Positions 32,258 through 41,908 of a stretch of 63,062 nt of DNA are shown here, in pieces. Each line of letters opens with the position of its first letter. Position 1 is the first letter of the stretch. The stretch covers positions 1 to 63,062 of the forward strand of contig JAICMG010000004.1 in NCBI GenBank assembly GCA_025929365.1. The letters run 5' to 3'. Position numbers and translations under genes: made by a program. The notes beneath the pieces are model-generated. The model was not told where the DNA came from and searched no databases. It worked only from the letters and a program-made list of their open reading frames with translations. Source of the stretch: Frankiaceae bacterium (GTDB lineage Bacteria > Actinomycetota > Actinomycetes > JAFAQI01).

Positions 32258-33121
32258 TTACCAGCGTCCCCGCCGGGGGCGGGGCTGACATTTCGGACAT
32301 AAGTACGACGAACGGTTCGTAAAGCGCATCCGGATGATCGAGGTCCCGCACCGCGAGCACGGCTCGCCCGCTTGCCCGTAGACCTCCAGGGAGCGGTCGA
32401 ACCAGCCGCTCTCCCCGTTGACCGCGACGTACAAGGCGTCGAAAGAGGTGCCGCCGGCCGCAATTGCGGCCCGCAGCACGTCATCGACCGCCCCGAGCAG
32501 CCGGCCGATCTCGCCGGGCCGCAACCCGTCGGTGCCGCGGGCGAAGTGCAGCTTCGCGTGCCAGAGCGCTTCGTCGGCGTAGATGTTGCCGATCCCGGAC
32601 ACGAGAGTCTGGTCGAGCAGTGCGCGCTTGACACCGGTACGGCGCCGGCGCAACGTCGCCGCGAACCGGCGCGGATCGAACGCGGGCTCGAGCGGGTCAG
32701 GGGCAACGTGGCCCAGCGCACGCGGCACGCCATCCGCGCTCAGCTCGTCGTCGGCGAGGGCGAGGCCGCCGAAGGTCCGCTGGTCGCAGAACCGCAACTC
32801 CGGCCCGCCGTCGTCGAAGCGCCAGCGCGCCTTGGTGTGCTTGCTCGGCTTGCCGCCTTCGGGCACGGCGAGGAACTGCCCCGACATCCCAAGGTGGGCG
32901 AGCAGATTGGCACCGTCGTCGAGCGGCAGCCACAAGAACTTGCCGCGGCGCCTCGCAGCGGTGATCGTGCGACCGGTCAGGCGAGCGATGAAGTCCGCGG
33001 GCCCTGGCGCGTGGCGGCGCAGCGTGCGGTCGCCGAACACCTCGACCGCGGCGATGCGCCGACCGACGACCCAGTGCTCAAGGCCGGCACGCACGGTCTC
33101 GACCTCTGGAAGCTCAGGCAC
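32258..33121 (-). CDS. mutM: Formamidopyrimidine-DNA glycosylase
   Basis: GTG 33121 gives [10 protein letters not shown], overlapping the rnc stop. C-terminal zinc finger [25 protein letters not shown]. Confidence 0.9.
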   Translation of the reverse strand: MPELPEVETVRAGLEHWVVGRRIAAVEVFGDRTLRRHAPGPADFIARLTGRTITAARRRGKFLWLPLDDGANLLAHLGMSGQFLAVPEGGKPSKHTKARWRFDDGGPELRFCDQRTFGGLALADDELSADGVPRALGHVAPDPLEPAFDPRRFAATLRRRRTGVKRALLDQTLVSGIGNIYADEALWHAKLHFARGTDGLRPGEIGRLLGAVDDVLRAAIAAGGTSFDALYVAVNGESGWFDRSLEVYGQAGEPCSRCGTSIIRMRFTNRSSYLCPKCQPRPRRGRW

Positions 33122-33858
33122 TACTCGTGGCGGACGGCGCCGGCAGTGCCTTCGCCGACTGCGCTCAGCGCCGTCCATGCCTGCTCCGCGGCGCGCTGCT
33201 CGGCCTCCTTCTTGCTGTTGCCGGTCCCTTCACCGGTCGGGTACCCGCCGAGCACGGCGGTGGCGCGGAAGGACTTCGCGTGATCCGGACCACTCTCGTC
33301 GACGACGTACTCCGGCGCACCCAACCCCCGCTCGGCCGCGAGCTCCTGCAGCGAGGTCTTCCAGTCCAAGCCGGCCCCGAGGCCGGCGGCGTCCTCGAGG
33401 GCTTCGGCGAACAGGTCGAGGATCAGCGTGCGGCTGGCTTCCAGCCCCCGGTCGAGGTAGTAGGCACCGATGAGTGCCTCGAGCGCGTCGGCGAGGATCG
33501 ACGATTTATCGCGGCCGCCGGTGCTCTCCTCGCCGCGGCCGAGCTTGAGATAAGCCCCGAGACCGATCCCGCGCCCGACTCCGGCGAGTGCGCGGGCGTT
33601 GACGACCGCGGCGCGCAGCTTCGCGAGCTGGCCCTCGGCCAGGTCGGGATACCTCCGGTACAGCTCCTCGGTCACCACGACGCCGAGCACGGAGTCGCCG
33701 AGGAACTCCAGTCTCTCGTTGGTGGGTACGCCGCCGTTCTCGTACGCGTAGGAGCGATGGGTGATGGCGAGGTCGACGAGATCGCGATCCACGCTCTGCC
33801 CGCCGCCTCTGACGCCAAGCACGGCGATGAGCGCGTCGAGCGCCTCATGTTCAGCCAT
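33121..33858 (-). CDS. rnc: Ribonuclease III
   Basis: 245 aa with the RNase III signature [13 protein letters not shown] and a C-terminal dsRBD. Confidence 0.93.
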   Translation of the reverse strand: MAEHEALDALIAVLGVRGGGQSVDRDLVDLAITHRSYAYENGGVPTNERLEFLGDSVLGVVVTEELYRRYPDLAEGQLAKLRAAVVNARALAGVGRGIGLGAYLKLGRGEESTGGRDKSSILADALEALIGAYYLDRGLEASRTLILDLFAEALEDAAGLGAGLDWKTSLQELAAERGLGAPEYVVDESGPDHAKSFRATAVLGGYPTGEGTGNSKKEAEQRAAEQAWTALSAVGEGTAGAVRHE

Positions 33859-33888
33859 GAGCAGGGCCGTCAGGCATGCGCTGCGCCG

Positions 33889-34140
33889 CTACGCATTCGC
33901 GATGTAGGCGTCGATCTCGCCGAGCGTGGCGAACCTGGCGAGCGTGGCGTCGTCAATCCGCACGACCCTCCCAGACGCTGCGAGGTCGGCTTCGACCACG
34001 TCCGCGATGCTCACGCGTGCGAGTGAGTCGGCGCCGAGTGACTCGAGGGTGGTGCCGGCGCTCAGCTGATCGGGATCAGCACCGCACACGAGAGCCACCG
34101 CGGCGCGCACCGAAGCCGTCAGTTCGGTGACGGTGCTCAC
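33889..34140 (-). CDS. Stand-alone acyl/peptidyl carrier protein-like (PP-binding)
   Basis: GTG 34140, 83 aa, with high GC3. Phosphopantetheine-attachment-like motif LGADSLARV and an ACP-like C-terminus LGEIDAYI. Confidence 0.6.
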   Translation of the reverse strand: MSTVTELTASVRAAVALVCGADPDQLSAGTTLESLGADSLARVSIADVVEADLAASGRVVRIDDATLARFATLGEIDAYIANA

Positions 34141-34160
34141 CCTGCGCGCCGACCGGCGGG

Positions 34161-34334
34161 TCAGACCGGGACGACCTGGCGGTCGTTGTAGGTGCCACAC
34201 ACGCCACAGGCGGTGTGCGGCAGCTTCGGCTGGCGACAACGCGGGCAGGCCACGAGGGACGGCGCGGCAGCCTTCCACTGCGAGCGTCGCGAGCGGGTGT
34301 TGCTGCGCGACATCCGGCGCTTAGGGACGGCCAC
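34161..34334 (-). CDS. rpmF: 50S ribosomal protein L32
   Basis: GTG 34334 gives [21 protein letters not shown], with a CPRC..C..CG zinc ribbon. Confidence 0.9.
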   Translation of the reverse strand: MAVPKRRMSRSNTRSRRSQWKAAAPSLVACPRCRQPKLPHTACGVCGTYNDRQVVPV

Positions 34335-34336
34335 GG

Positions 34337-34876
34337 CTACTTCTCCTCGGGGTCTGATCCGGCGTTGCTGTCCTTCAAGAGTGCAAGGGCAGCCCATCGC
34401 GGGTCAATTTCGTCGTGGGCGTGATCGGGCTCGACATCGGCCAAGCGGGCGCCACACCCGGGACACAGTCCTTCGCAATCCGGATCGCACAGCGGGTTGA
34501 GCGGGAGGGCCAGCACCACGGCATCACGCACCACGGGCTCGAGATCGAGTTGATCCCCCGTGAGCGTGGGCGCCTCGTCGTCCTCGGGGTCGGGCTCGTA
34601 GGCAAAGAGCTCCTGGACGGGGACCGAGACGCTGGTCTCGATGGGATCGAGGCAGCGACCGCACTCCGCCGAGATCGGCACTTCCGCGGTGGCGGTGACG
34701 AGGACCCCCTCCATCACCGACTCGAACCGAGCCTCGATAACGACCGGCGCGCCGGCAGGAACCTTGACCAGGCCGAGCTCCCAGCCGGCCGGAGCGGGGA
34801 CGTCGAGGTGGTCCTCGCGCATCGACCCGGGACGCCGCCCCAGCTCGCGCGTGTCATAGACGAACGGCGACCTCAC
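34337..34876 (-). CDS. YceD/DUF177 family protein
   Basis: 179 aa with C-terminal Cys cluster [13 protein letters not shown]. Classic position upstream of rpmF. Confidence 0.85.
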   Translation of the reverse strand: MRSPFVYDTRELGRRPGSMREDHLDVPAPAGWELGLVKVPAGAPVVIEARFESVMEGVLVTATAEVPISAECGRCLDPIETSVSVPVQELFAYEPDPEDDEAPTLTGDQLDLEPVVRDAVVLALPLNPLCDPDCEGLCPGCGARLADVEPDHAHDEIDPRWAALALLKDSNAGSDPEEK

Positions 34877-34895
34877 TGGTTCAAGCCTAACGTCG

Positions 34896-35399
34896 CTAAC
34901 CCGGCAGGGGCTCGACTTCTTCGTCCTCGTCGACTTCTTGCAGCGCCTCGAGCTCGTGGCGGCCGTTGATCTTGTTGCGGCCGTGCTCGACGGCGTGCAG
35001 GGTGCGGTTCAGCACGATCTCGAAGTTGGCGAGCTTGCCGTCGACGTAGTCGTCGACCTCCCGGCGCATTCGGTCCGACTCGACGTTGGCCGCGGCGAGC
35101 AGCCGCTCGGCCTCCCGGGTGGCCTCCTTGACGACCTCGGTGCGCGAGACGAGCCGGGCCCGCTCGGCCTCGGCCTCCGCGATGATCGCCTCGGCCTCGA
35201 CCTTGCCCTCCTCGACGACGGACACCCGGTCCCGCAGCACTCCGCGGGCCTTCCGAAGCTCTTCGGGCAGCGCCTTGCGAAGCTCTTCGACGGCCTCGAG
35301 CATCTCGTTGCGGTTCACGATGCACGACGCGGACATGGGCATCGCGCGGGCGTTCTCGATCATGGCGACGAACTCGTCGAGCTTCTCCGAGATGCCCAC
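34896..35399 (-). CDS. DivIVA-family coiled-coil protein, similar in pattern and position to mycobacterial Rv2927c/SepIVA
   Basis: LDEFVAMIENARAMPMSASCIV..., coiled coil, then DDYVDGKLANFEIVLNRTL. It lies between coaD and DUF177, as Rv2927c does. Confidence 0.6.
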   Translation of the reverse strand: MGISEKLDEFVAMIENARAMPMSASCIVNRNEMLEAVEELRKALPEELRKARGVLRDRVSVVEEGKVEAEAIIAEAEAERARLVSRTEVVKEATREAERLLAAANVESDRMRREVDDYVDGKLANFEIVLNRTLHAVEHGRNKINGRHELEALQEVDEDEEVEPLPG

Positions 35400-35418
35400 C
35401 TAGCTGCCTTCTCTCATG

Positions 35419-35895
35419 TCAGGAGCGGACCCGCTCCTTGAGCCGGCGGAGCACCGCTTCCGGCACCAGCTTGGAGACGTCGCCGCCGTACGTCGCAACC
35501 TCTTTCACGAGACTGGACGACAGAAAACTGTAGTGCGGGTCGGCGGGCATGAACAACGTGTCGACTTTCGCCAGCGAGTGGTTCATCTGCCCCATCTGCA
35601 GCTCGTAGTCGAAGTCGCTGACCGCGCGAAGACCCTTCACGATCGCCTTGATGTCATGGGCGACGCAGAAGTCGACGAGCAAGCCCTTGAAGGTGTCGAC
35701 CGAGACATTCGGCAGGTACGACGTGGCCTCACGGATCATCTCGACCCGCTCGTCCGGCTCGAACAGCCGGTTCTTCGACTGGTTGATCCCGACCACCACG
35801 ACGATCTCGTCGAAGAGCGAGCTCGCTCGCTCGATCACGTCGAGGTGGCCGTTCGTGATGGGGTCGAACGAGCCCGGACACACCGCCCGCCTCAT
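35419..35895 (-). CDS. coaD: Phosphopantetheine adenylyltransferase
   Basis: 158 aa; AVCPGSFDPITNGHLDVIERA. Confidence 0.93.
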   Translation of the reverse strand: MRRAVCPGSFDPITNGHLDVIERASSLFDEIVVVVGINQSKNRLFEPDERVEMIREATSYLPNVSVDTFKGLLVDFCVAHDIKAIVKGLRAVSDFDYELQMGQMNHSLAKVDTLFMPADPHYSFLSSSLVKEVATYGGDVSKLVPEAVLRRLKERVRS

Positions 35896-36455
35896 GAGGC
35901 GCGACCGTACCAGAGGGCGCTGTCGCCGTAGCGCCGCGAACGGAGCTCCTCGATGCCGGCCGGCCAGCTCAGCGGCAGGTCACGGCTGGCGCGTTCCACG
36001 CACATGACGGCGCCCGCACTCAGCCAGCCTCCCGAGGACAGTCGGGCGAGCACCTCGTCCACCGGGTCGGCGTACGGCGGGTCGAGGAAGACGATGTCGA
36101 AGCCGGCGGAGTCGTGGGCCACCGGATCGCCGGCAAGGAAGCGCTCGACGCTCGACTCGACCAGCTCCACCCCGCCCGCGGCCAAGACCGCGATGTTCGC
36201 GCGGACGATCCGCGCGGCCTTCGGGTCCCGTTCGACCAGGGTCACGCGCGCGGCGCCACGGCTCGCCGCCTCGAGGCCAACCGCGCCGGACCCGGCGTAC
36301 AGGTCGAGGAAGGTCCGTCCGTCGAGCCCGCCGGTCAGCGAGACGAGCGAAGAGAACAGTCCCTCGCGGGTGCGGTCGCTGGTCGGGCGCGTTCCGCGCC
36401 CCGACGGAGTGGCGAGCCGCCGGCCACCGCCCGTGCCCGAGATCAGTCGCGCCAC
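35892..36455 (-). CDS. rsmD: 16S rRNA (guanine966-N2)-methyltransferase
   Basis: 187 aa; TRPTSDRTREGLFS, LDLYAGSGAVGLEAASRGA, DPPY. GTG start preceded by GGAGG. Confidence 0.88.
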   Translation of the reverse strand: MARLISGTGGGRRLATPSGRGTRPTSDRTREGLFSSLVSLTGGLDGRTFLDLYAGSGAVGLEAASRGAARVTLVERDPKAARIVRANIAVLAAGGVELVESSVERFLAGDPVAHDSAGFDIVFLDPPYADPVDEVLARLSSGGWLSAGAVMCVERASRDLPLSWPAGIEELRSRRYGDSALWYGRAS

Positions 36456-36463
36456 ACGTCCTC

Positions 36464-38611
36464 CTAGGTCTTGCCGAGGTAGTCGGCCCGCTCGTCGGCG
36501 GCGAGCGCCTCCGCGGCGTCGCGGAGCCGCTCGTGGCGGTCCAGCGTCGGGTCGGCCTCGACCAGCGCGATCGCGTCAGCCCGCGCCATCTCGATGACGT
36601 CTTCGTCCCGGAGCAGCCGGAGCAGCTTGAGCTGCGAGCGCCGGCCGGACTGCGACTGGCCGAGCACATCGCCCTCTCGCCGTTGTTCGAGATCGAGGCG
36701 GGCCAGCTGGAACCCGTCCAGCGTCGCGGCGACGCCCTCGAGCCGCTCGCGCGCGGCCGTGCCCGCCTCGGCTCCGGTGACGAGCAGGCAGACGCCGGCG
36801 TGCGCCCCTCGGCCGATCCGGCCACGGAGCTGGTGGAGCTGGGAGATGCCGAAGCGGTCGGCGTCGAGGACGATCATCGCGGTCGCGTTCGGCACGTCGA
36901 CGCCGACCTCGATGACGGTCGTCGCCACCAGAACGTCCGCGTTGCCCGCCGCGAAGCGCTGCATCACCTCGTCCTTGGCATCCGCTGCCATCCGACCGTG
37001 CAGCACGTCGATGCGCAGGCCTTCGAGCGGTCCGTTCGAGAGCATCGGCGCGATGTCGACGACCGTCGCGGTCGCCGCCCACCCGTCACCGTGCTCGGTC
37101 AGGTCACCGACCTGCTCGTCATCGCCGCCGTCGATCCGCGGGCACACGACATAGACCTGGCGCCCGGCGGCGACCTCCTCGCGGGCTCGCGCCCACACCC
37201 GCTCGAGCCAGCCCGGCTTGTCAGCCGTCGGGACGACGGTCGTCGAGATCGGCTGCCGTCCGGCGGGCAGCTCGGTCAGGGTGGAGGTCTCGAGGTCGCC
37301 GTACACCGTCATGGCGACGGTTCGCGGGATCGGTGTGGCGGTCATCACGAGGACGTGCGGCGGCGTATCCGCCTTGCTGCGCAACGCGTCACGCTGCTCG
37401 ACGCCGAACCGGTGCTGCTCGTCGACGACGACCAGCCCGAGATCGAAGAAGCGCACCGTGTTCTCGAGGAGGGCATGCGTTCCGATGACGATGCCGGCGT
37501 CACCGATCCCGATGTCGAGCAAGGTCGACCGTCGCGCCGCCGCGCTCATCGAACCGGTCACCAGCGCGATCTTGGTTGCCTCCTCCGCAGCCCCGAGCTG
37601 TCCACCCTGGCCCAGCGGGCCGAGGAGGGCTGCGATCGACCGCGCGTGTTGCTGCGCGAGGACCTCGGTCGGCGCAAGCAACGCGGCCTGACCGCCGGAG
37701 TCGACGACCGCGAGCATGGCCCGCAGCGCGACAACGGTCTTGCCGGATCCGACTTCGCCCTGCAGCAGGCGGTGCATCGGCACGTCTCGGGCGAGGTCGG
37801 CGAGCAACCGTGCGCCGACCTCCCGTTGACCCGCGGTGAGCTCGAAGGGCAGCGACGCGTCAAAGGCCTCGAGCAGCCCACCCGCTCGCGCGGCCCGGGC
37901 CTTCGCCGGCTCGAGCGCCAGGAGGTTGCGGCGCTGGGCGAGGACGACCTGAAGGACGAACGCCTCGTCGTAGCGCAGGCGCTCCCGGGCGCGCTCGACG
38001 TCGCCGAAGTCCTCCGGCTCGTGAATCATGCGAAGCGCATCAGCCCGCCCGACCAGGCCTCGTCGCTCCAAGAGCTCCGCGGGCAATGTCTCGAGCACGT
38101 CGGTCACGTGCAACGCGTGGGCGATCGAGCGCCGCAGCGCCCAGGACTGCAGCGATTTGGTGGCCGGATAGACCGGGACGAGCTTGCCCGCGTCCTCGAC
38201 CAGGCCGTTGGCGCCGAGCGCGATGTCCGGCTGCTTGAGCTGGAGCTTCCCCCGGAAGCGCTCGACCTCCCCGGCAAGCATGATCTCCATCTCGGGCGCC
38301 AGGACCCGGGGCAGGTGTTTCTGGTTGAAGAACGTCGCGACGAGCCTTCCGGTGCCGTCCGTGACGGTCACGTCGGTCTTGTGGAGCTTGGGCCGGATCT
38401 GGTGCGCATCGACCTTCACCACCCGGACCTGAACCGTGACCTGCTCCCCGGGGCGCAGCTCGGACAGGTCGGCGAGCTCGCCACGCTCGAAGTAGCGCCG
38501 CGGGTAGTGGCGCAGCAGGTCGCCGACCGTGCGGATCTCGAACGCCTTCGCGAGGACCGCCGCGGGCTTGACCCCGACGACGTCGCGGACGTTCGATGAC
38601 TCGTCGGTCAC
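36464..38611 (-). CDS. recG: ATP-dependent DNA helicase RecG
   Basis: 715 aa with an OB wedge domain, GEVGSGKT, and DEQHRFGV (DEAH-like). Confidence 0.93.
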   Translation of the reverse strand: MTDESSNVRDVVGVKPAAVLAKAFEIRTVGDLLRHYPRRYFERGELADLSELRPGEQVTVQVRVVKVDAHQIRPKLHKTDVTVTDGTGRLVATFFNQKHLPRVLAPEMEIMLAGEVERFRGKLQLKQPDIALGANGLVEDAGKLVPVYPATKSLQSWALRRSIAHALHVTDVLETLPAELLERRGLVGRADALRMIHEPEDFGDVERARERLRYDEAFVLQVVLAQRRNLLALEPAKARAARAGGLLEAFDASLPFELTAGQREVGARLLADLARDVPMHRLLQGEVGSGKTVVALRAMLAVVDSGGQAALLAPTEVLAQQHARSIAALLGPLGQGGQLGAAEEATKIALVTGSMSAAARRSTLLDIGIGDAGIVIGTHALLENTVRFFDLGLVVVDEQHRFGVEQRDALRSKADTPPHVLVMTATPIPRTVAMTVYGDLETSTLTELPAGRQPISTTVVPTADKPGWLERVWARAREEVAAGRQVYVVCPRIDGGDDEQVGDLTEHGDGWAATATVVDIAPMLSNGPLEGLRIDVLHGRMAADAKDEVMQRFAAGNADVLVATTVIEVGVDVPNATAMIVLDADRFGISQLHQLRGRIGRGAHAGVCLLVTGAEAGTAARERLEGVAATLDGFQLARLDLEQRREGDVLGQSQSGRRSQLKLLRLLRDEDVIEMARADAIALVEADPTLDRHERLRDAAEALAADERADYLGKT

Positions 38612-38641
38612 AGGGGCAGGTTAGGCGGCGAATCCGACGCT

Positions 38642-38671
38642 TTGAGTCAGGCTCGCAACTCGGGCTACCCT
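38642..38671 (+). promoter_or_regulatory. Candidate sigma-A-type promoter for a leaderless rpmB transcript
   Basis: TTGAGT (38642-47), an 18-nt spacer, then TACCCT (38666-71). The GTG start at 38679 lies 7 nt after the -10 box, and no Shine-Dalgarno is present. Confidence 0.35.
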
Positions 38672-38678
38672 CTTCGCC

Positions 38679-38864
38679 GTGGCTTCCGTCTGTGATGTGT
38701 GTGGCAAGGGTCCCGGGTTCGGCATGAACGTGTCGCACTCGCACCGGCGCACCCGCCGCCGCTTCAACCCCAACATCCAGCCGGTCCGGGCCCTCATCGG
38801 CGGCTCGCGCAAGCGGATGAACGTCTGCACGTCCTGCCTCAAGGCAGGAAAAGTCACTCGCTAG
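38679..38864 (+). CDS. rpmB: 50S ribosomal protein L28
   Basis: 61 aa; [28 protein letters not shown]. Confidence 0.93.
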   Translation: MASVCDVCGKGPGFGMNVSHSHRRTRRRFNPNIQPVRALIGGSRKRMNVCTSCLKAGKVTR

Positions 38865-39328
38865 AGCTTCTTTTCGAAGCTCACGGACAGCGGGGCATCG
38901 GCGTAGTGGCCGAAACCGGGGATCCGCTCGTAACCCGATGACTCGTACAGGCTGATCGCCTCGGGCTGTCGCTCGCCCGTCTCCAGCACGATCCGTGCCG
39001 CGCCGAGCTGTCGTGCCCGGTCCTCCAGCGCGGCGAGCATCACCCGGGACAGGCCCTGGCCGCGCGCCTCGGGTACGACGTACATCCGCTTGATCTCGAC
39101 AGTGAGCCCGTCACCGTCGCCGTGGTGTCGGAGCCCGCCCATCGCGACCGGCTCGCTGTCGCGGTAGCCGACGAGGAACAGGCCGCCGGGCGGCGTGAAC
39201 TCGGCGGGATCGACCGGTGTGTCATCCGAACCGCCGTACCGCTCGACGTACTCCCCCTGGACCGCGGCGATCAGCTGCTGGGCGACGGGTGAGTCATATG
39301 CCTCGTCACGCAGGTCGAGGTCGCTCAC
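38861..39328 (-). CDS. GNAT family N-acetyltransferase
   Basis: ORF trimmed to GTG 39328, overlapping the thiD stop (GTGA). Acetyl-CoA motif [22 protein letters not shown]. Confidence 0.75.
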   Translation of the reverse strand: MSDLDLRDEAYDSPVAQQLIAAVQGEYVERYGGSDDTPVDPAEFTPPGGLFLVGYRDSEPVAMGGLRHHGDGDGLTVEIKRMYVVPEARGQGLSRVMLAALEDRARQLGAARIVLETGERQPEAISLYESSGYERIPGFGHYADAPLSVSFEKKL

Positions 39329-40113
39329 CGGTGCCGCCAGCCGTGGTCGACCGGCCCGATCCCGGCACCCAGAGGGAAGCCGGCCGCGATCGCCCCGGTG
39401 ACGTAGTCCTTCGCACCACGCACGGACTCCGGGACCGACCGCCCGAGCGCGAGGTACGACGCAATCGCCGAGGCGAGGGTGCACCCCGTGCCATGCGTGT
39501 GGGTGGTGTCGAGGCGCTCGGCGGTCAGCTCGATCACCTGGTCGCCGTCCGTCAGCAGGTCGAGGGCGTCACCGACAGGCAGATGGCCGCCCTTCACCAG
39601 CACCCAGCGCGGGCCCAGCGCAAGCAACGCCTCGGCAGCCTTCCGCTGACCGTCGCTGTCCTCGACGACGACACCGGTCAGGCGGGTGACCTCCGGAAGG
39701 TTGGGCGTCACCACGGTCGCGATGGGAAGGAGATGGTCCGCGATCGCCTCGACAGCAGAGTCCACAAGGAGCGGGTCTCCGTGCTTGGAGACACACACCG
39801 GATCCACCACGAGCGGCGCCTCGACGTCGCGCAACCGCTTTGCCGTCACGACGACCAGGTCCGGTGACGCGAGCATCCCGGTCTTGACCGCGTCGACGCC
39901 GATGTCGTCGAGCACCGCGGCCAGCTGCGCATCGACGGCTTCCGGCGGGAGCTCCCAGTACCCGTGCACTCCGGTCGAGTTCTGCGCCGTCACGGCCGTC
40001 ACGACACTCATGCCGTGCACCCCCAGCGCCAGCATCGTCTTGAGATCCGCCTGGATGCCCGCGCCGCCTCCGGAGTCCGACCCGGCGACGGCGAGAACAC
40101 GCGGCGGCCTCAT
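39325..40113 (-). CDS. thiD: Hydroxymethylpyrimidine/phosphomethylpyrimidine kinase
   Basis: ATG 40113 gives [26 protein letters not shown]; also [15 protein letters not shown]. Confidence 0.88.
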   Translation of the reverse strand: MRPPRVLAVAGSDSGGGAGIQADLKTMLALGVHGMSVVTAVTAQNSTGVHGYWELPPEAVDAQLAAVLDDIGVDAVKTGMLASPDLVVVTAKRLRDVEAPLVVDPVCVSKHGDPLLVDSAVEAIADHLLPIATVVTPNLPEVTRLTGVVVEDSDGQRKAAEALLALGPRWVLVKGGHLPVGDALDLLTDGDQVIELTAERLDTTHTHGTGCTLASAIASYLALGRSVPESVRGAKDYVTGAIAAGFPLGAGIGPVDHGWRHR

Positions 40114-40123
40114 ATGACCGACC

Positions 40124-41038
40124 CTAGGAGAAGTGCGCGTGGCCGCCGCGATCAGGCGTCTCGCGATCGGTGAACCGAACTGTCGGCCCGCCGCCGACGT
40201 CGAGGGCAACAACGGTGCCGACACAGGTCGCATCCACCGGCACATCGCCGCGCACGGTGGCTGCGAATGCGTGGTCGTCCCCACCGGTCGCGACCCAGAG
40301 CAACGGATCGCTGCCCAGCTCTGCCGCCGCCTCGGCAACGCGTCCATCGATCGCCAGGTCGCGACTGTCGAGCTGAATGGCCACGCCTGATGCCGTGGCG
40401 ATGTGGCCGAGGTCGGAGAGCAGTCCGTCCGAGACGTCGATCATCGCGGTGACATCGCTGCCGGCCGCGAGTCGCTGCGCGCCCGCGTAGTCGACCGCCG
40501 GACGCCGATGGGCATCGGCAAGCGGGTGGTCGAGTCGGCCTGACTCCAGCAGAGCGAGACCGGCTGCGGCAAAGCCGAGCCGTCCGATCACGACAACGCG
40601 GTCACCTGCGCGGGCACCCCCGCGGGTGATGGGATCGCGGCCGTTGAGATCACCGAGCGCGGTGACCGAGACCGCGATCGCATCGGCAGCGGTGACATCG
40701 CCGCCGACGACGGATGCGCCGACCACTGCTGCCTCGTCGCGAAGTCCATCGGCGAGCGCGTCCGCCCACTCTGCCTCGAGGTCAGCGGGGGCCGCGAAGC
40801 CGACGAGCAGCGCGATCGGGCGACCGCCCATCGCGACGACGTCCGCAAGGCTCGCGGCGGCGGCGCGACGCCCGACGTCGTACCCACTGGACCAGTCACG
40901 GCGGAAGTGACGTCCCTCGACGAGGACATCGATGGTCGCGACCACACGGCCGTCCGGAGCTTCGACCACGGCGGCATCGTCGCCCGGACCGACGGCCACA
41001 TCGGGCGCCTGGGGTAACCGGGCGGCGATGCGGGCCAC
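40124..41038 (-). CDS. thiL: Thiamine-monophosphate kinase; the real start is probably upstream and non-canonical
   Basis: GPGDDAAVV and an AIR-synthase-like fold. The conserved SDLGEFGL motif is in frame just upstream of the first canonical start, GTG 41038. Confidence 0.85.
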   Translation of the reverse strand: MARIAARLPQAPDVAVGPGDDAAVVEAPDGRVVATIDVLVEGRHFRRDWSSGYDVGRRAAAASLADVVAMGGRPIALLVGFAAPADLEAEWADALADGLRDEAAVVGASVVGGDVTAADAIAVSVTALGDLNGRDPITRGGARAGDRVVVIGRLGFAAAGLALLESGRLDHPLADAHRRPAVDYAGAQRLAAGSDVTAMIDVSDGLLSDLGHIATASGVAIQLDSRDLAIDGRVAEAAAELGSDPLLWVATGGDDHAFAATVRGDVPVDATCVGTVVALDVGGGPTVRFTDRETPDRGGHAHFS

Positions 41039-41158
41039 CAGGCCGAACTCGCCAAGATCGGAAATGGAGATGACTCGGTCGCCTGCCCTTCGGGTACGGT
41101 CTGGCTCGCAGTCTCATCCGCCGCCGGAGGCGAACGCAGAGCCACGTTGGGAGTTCCC

Positions 41159-41395
41159 GTGACCGTTCAGGCTTACATCCTTATTCAGACCGAGGTGGGC
41201 AAGGCCGCCGCGGTCGCGACGGAGATCCAGGGGATCAAGGGTGTGACGATGGCCGAAGACGTCACCGGCCCATACGACGTCATCGTCCGGGCGGAGGCGA
41301 AGAGTGTCGACGAGCTCGGCAAGCTCGTCGTCGCGAAGGTGCAAGGGGTACCCGGGATCACGCGCACCTTGACCTGTCCAGTCGTCCATCTCTGA
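41159..41395 (+). CDS. Lrp/AsnC ligand-binding-domain protein (stand-alone)
   Basis: GTG 41159 is preceded by GGGAG. VTVQAYILIQTEVGKAAAVATEIQGIKGV... Confidence 0.7.
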   Translation: MTVQAYILIQTEVGKAAAVATEIQGIKGVTMAEDVTGPYDVIVRAEAKSVDELGKLVVAKVQGVPGITRTLTCPVVHL

Positions 41396-41598
41396 TCGGG
41401 CACCATTCCGATCGCGCAGAGTCCCTGAATCCCCGACTCGCGGCACTCGCGGGCGCCGCGGTTCTGCTCGCCACTTCCTGTTCCTCCGGGGCTGTCTCGA
41501 TCACGCCGCCCCATCCCTCCGGCGACGTCATTGCGGAGTGTGCACATCTCGGTCACCAGGTCCCTGACCGCCTCGGCGGACTGCATGCCCGCAAGACC

Positions 41599-41886
41599 GT
41601 GCCCGCCTCGTCACTGACATTTGCGTGGGGCTCGCCCGCCGTCACGTTGAGCTGCGGGGTGCCGAAGCCGGTCGGGTACTCACCGGCGTCCTCGCAGACG
41701 TTGGTCGTCAACGGCGTGCGGTGGTATCAGCAGGTCGAGTCATCCGTCGTGATCTGGACCGCGGTGAGGGCAGCGTCCGGCGTGGCGAAACCGGTCTACG
41801 TCGCGCTGCGCGTGCCCACCCACTACGCCGCGAGCGACGCGTTCCTCACCGCGCTGTCCGGGCCGCTGCGCACCGCGCTGCGCTAG
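41599..41886 (+). CDS. DUF3515 family protein. This is the minimal ORF; the signal-peptide part probably starts at CTG 41425
   Basis: FAWGSPAVTLSCGVPKP...NGVRW is a DUF3515-like core. The in-frame upstream sequence encodes NPRLAALAGAAVLLATSCSSG and ECAHLGHQVPDRLGG. Confidence 0.65.
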   Translation: MPASSLTFAWGSPAVTLSCGVPKPVGYSPASSQTLVVNGVRWYQQVESSVVIWTAVRAASGVAKPVYVALRVPTHYAASDAFLTALSGPLRTALR

Positions 41887-41908
41887 CCACGCCGCCTCGC
41901 ACTCGGTG

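Noticed and set aside
41039-41158. A TPP riboswitch in the thiL / AsnC-like divergent spacer, or upstream of thiD.
   Set aside because: No THI-box-like sequence (CUGAGA ... ACCUGA) is visible. thiD follows thiL directly, and these genes are not typical TPP-riboswitch targets.
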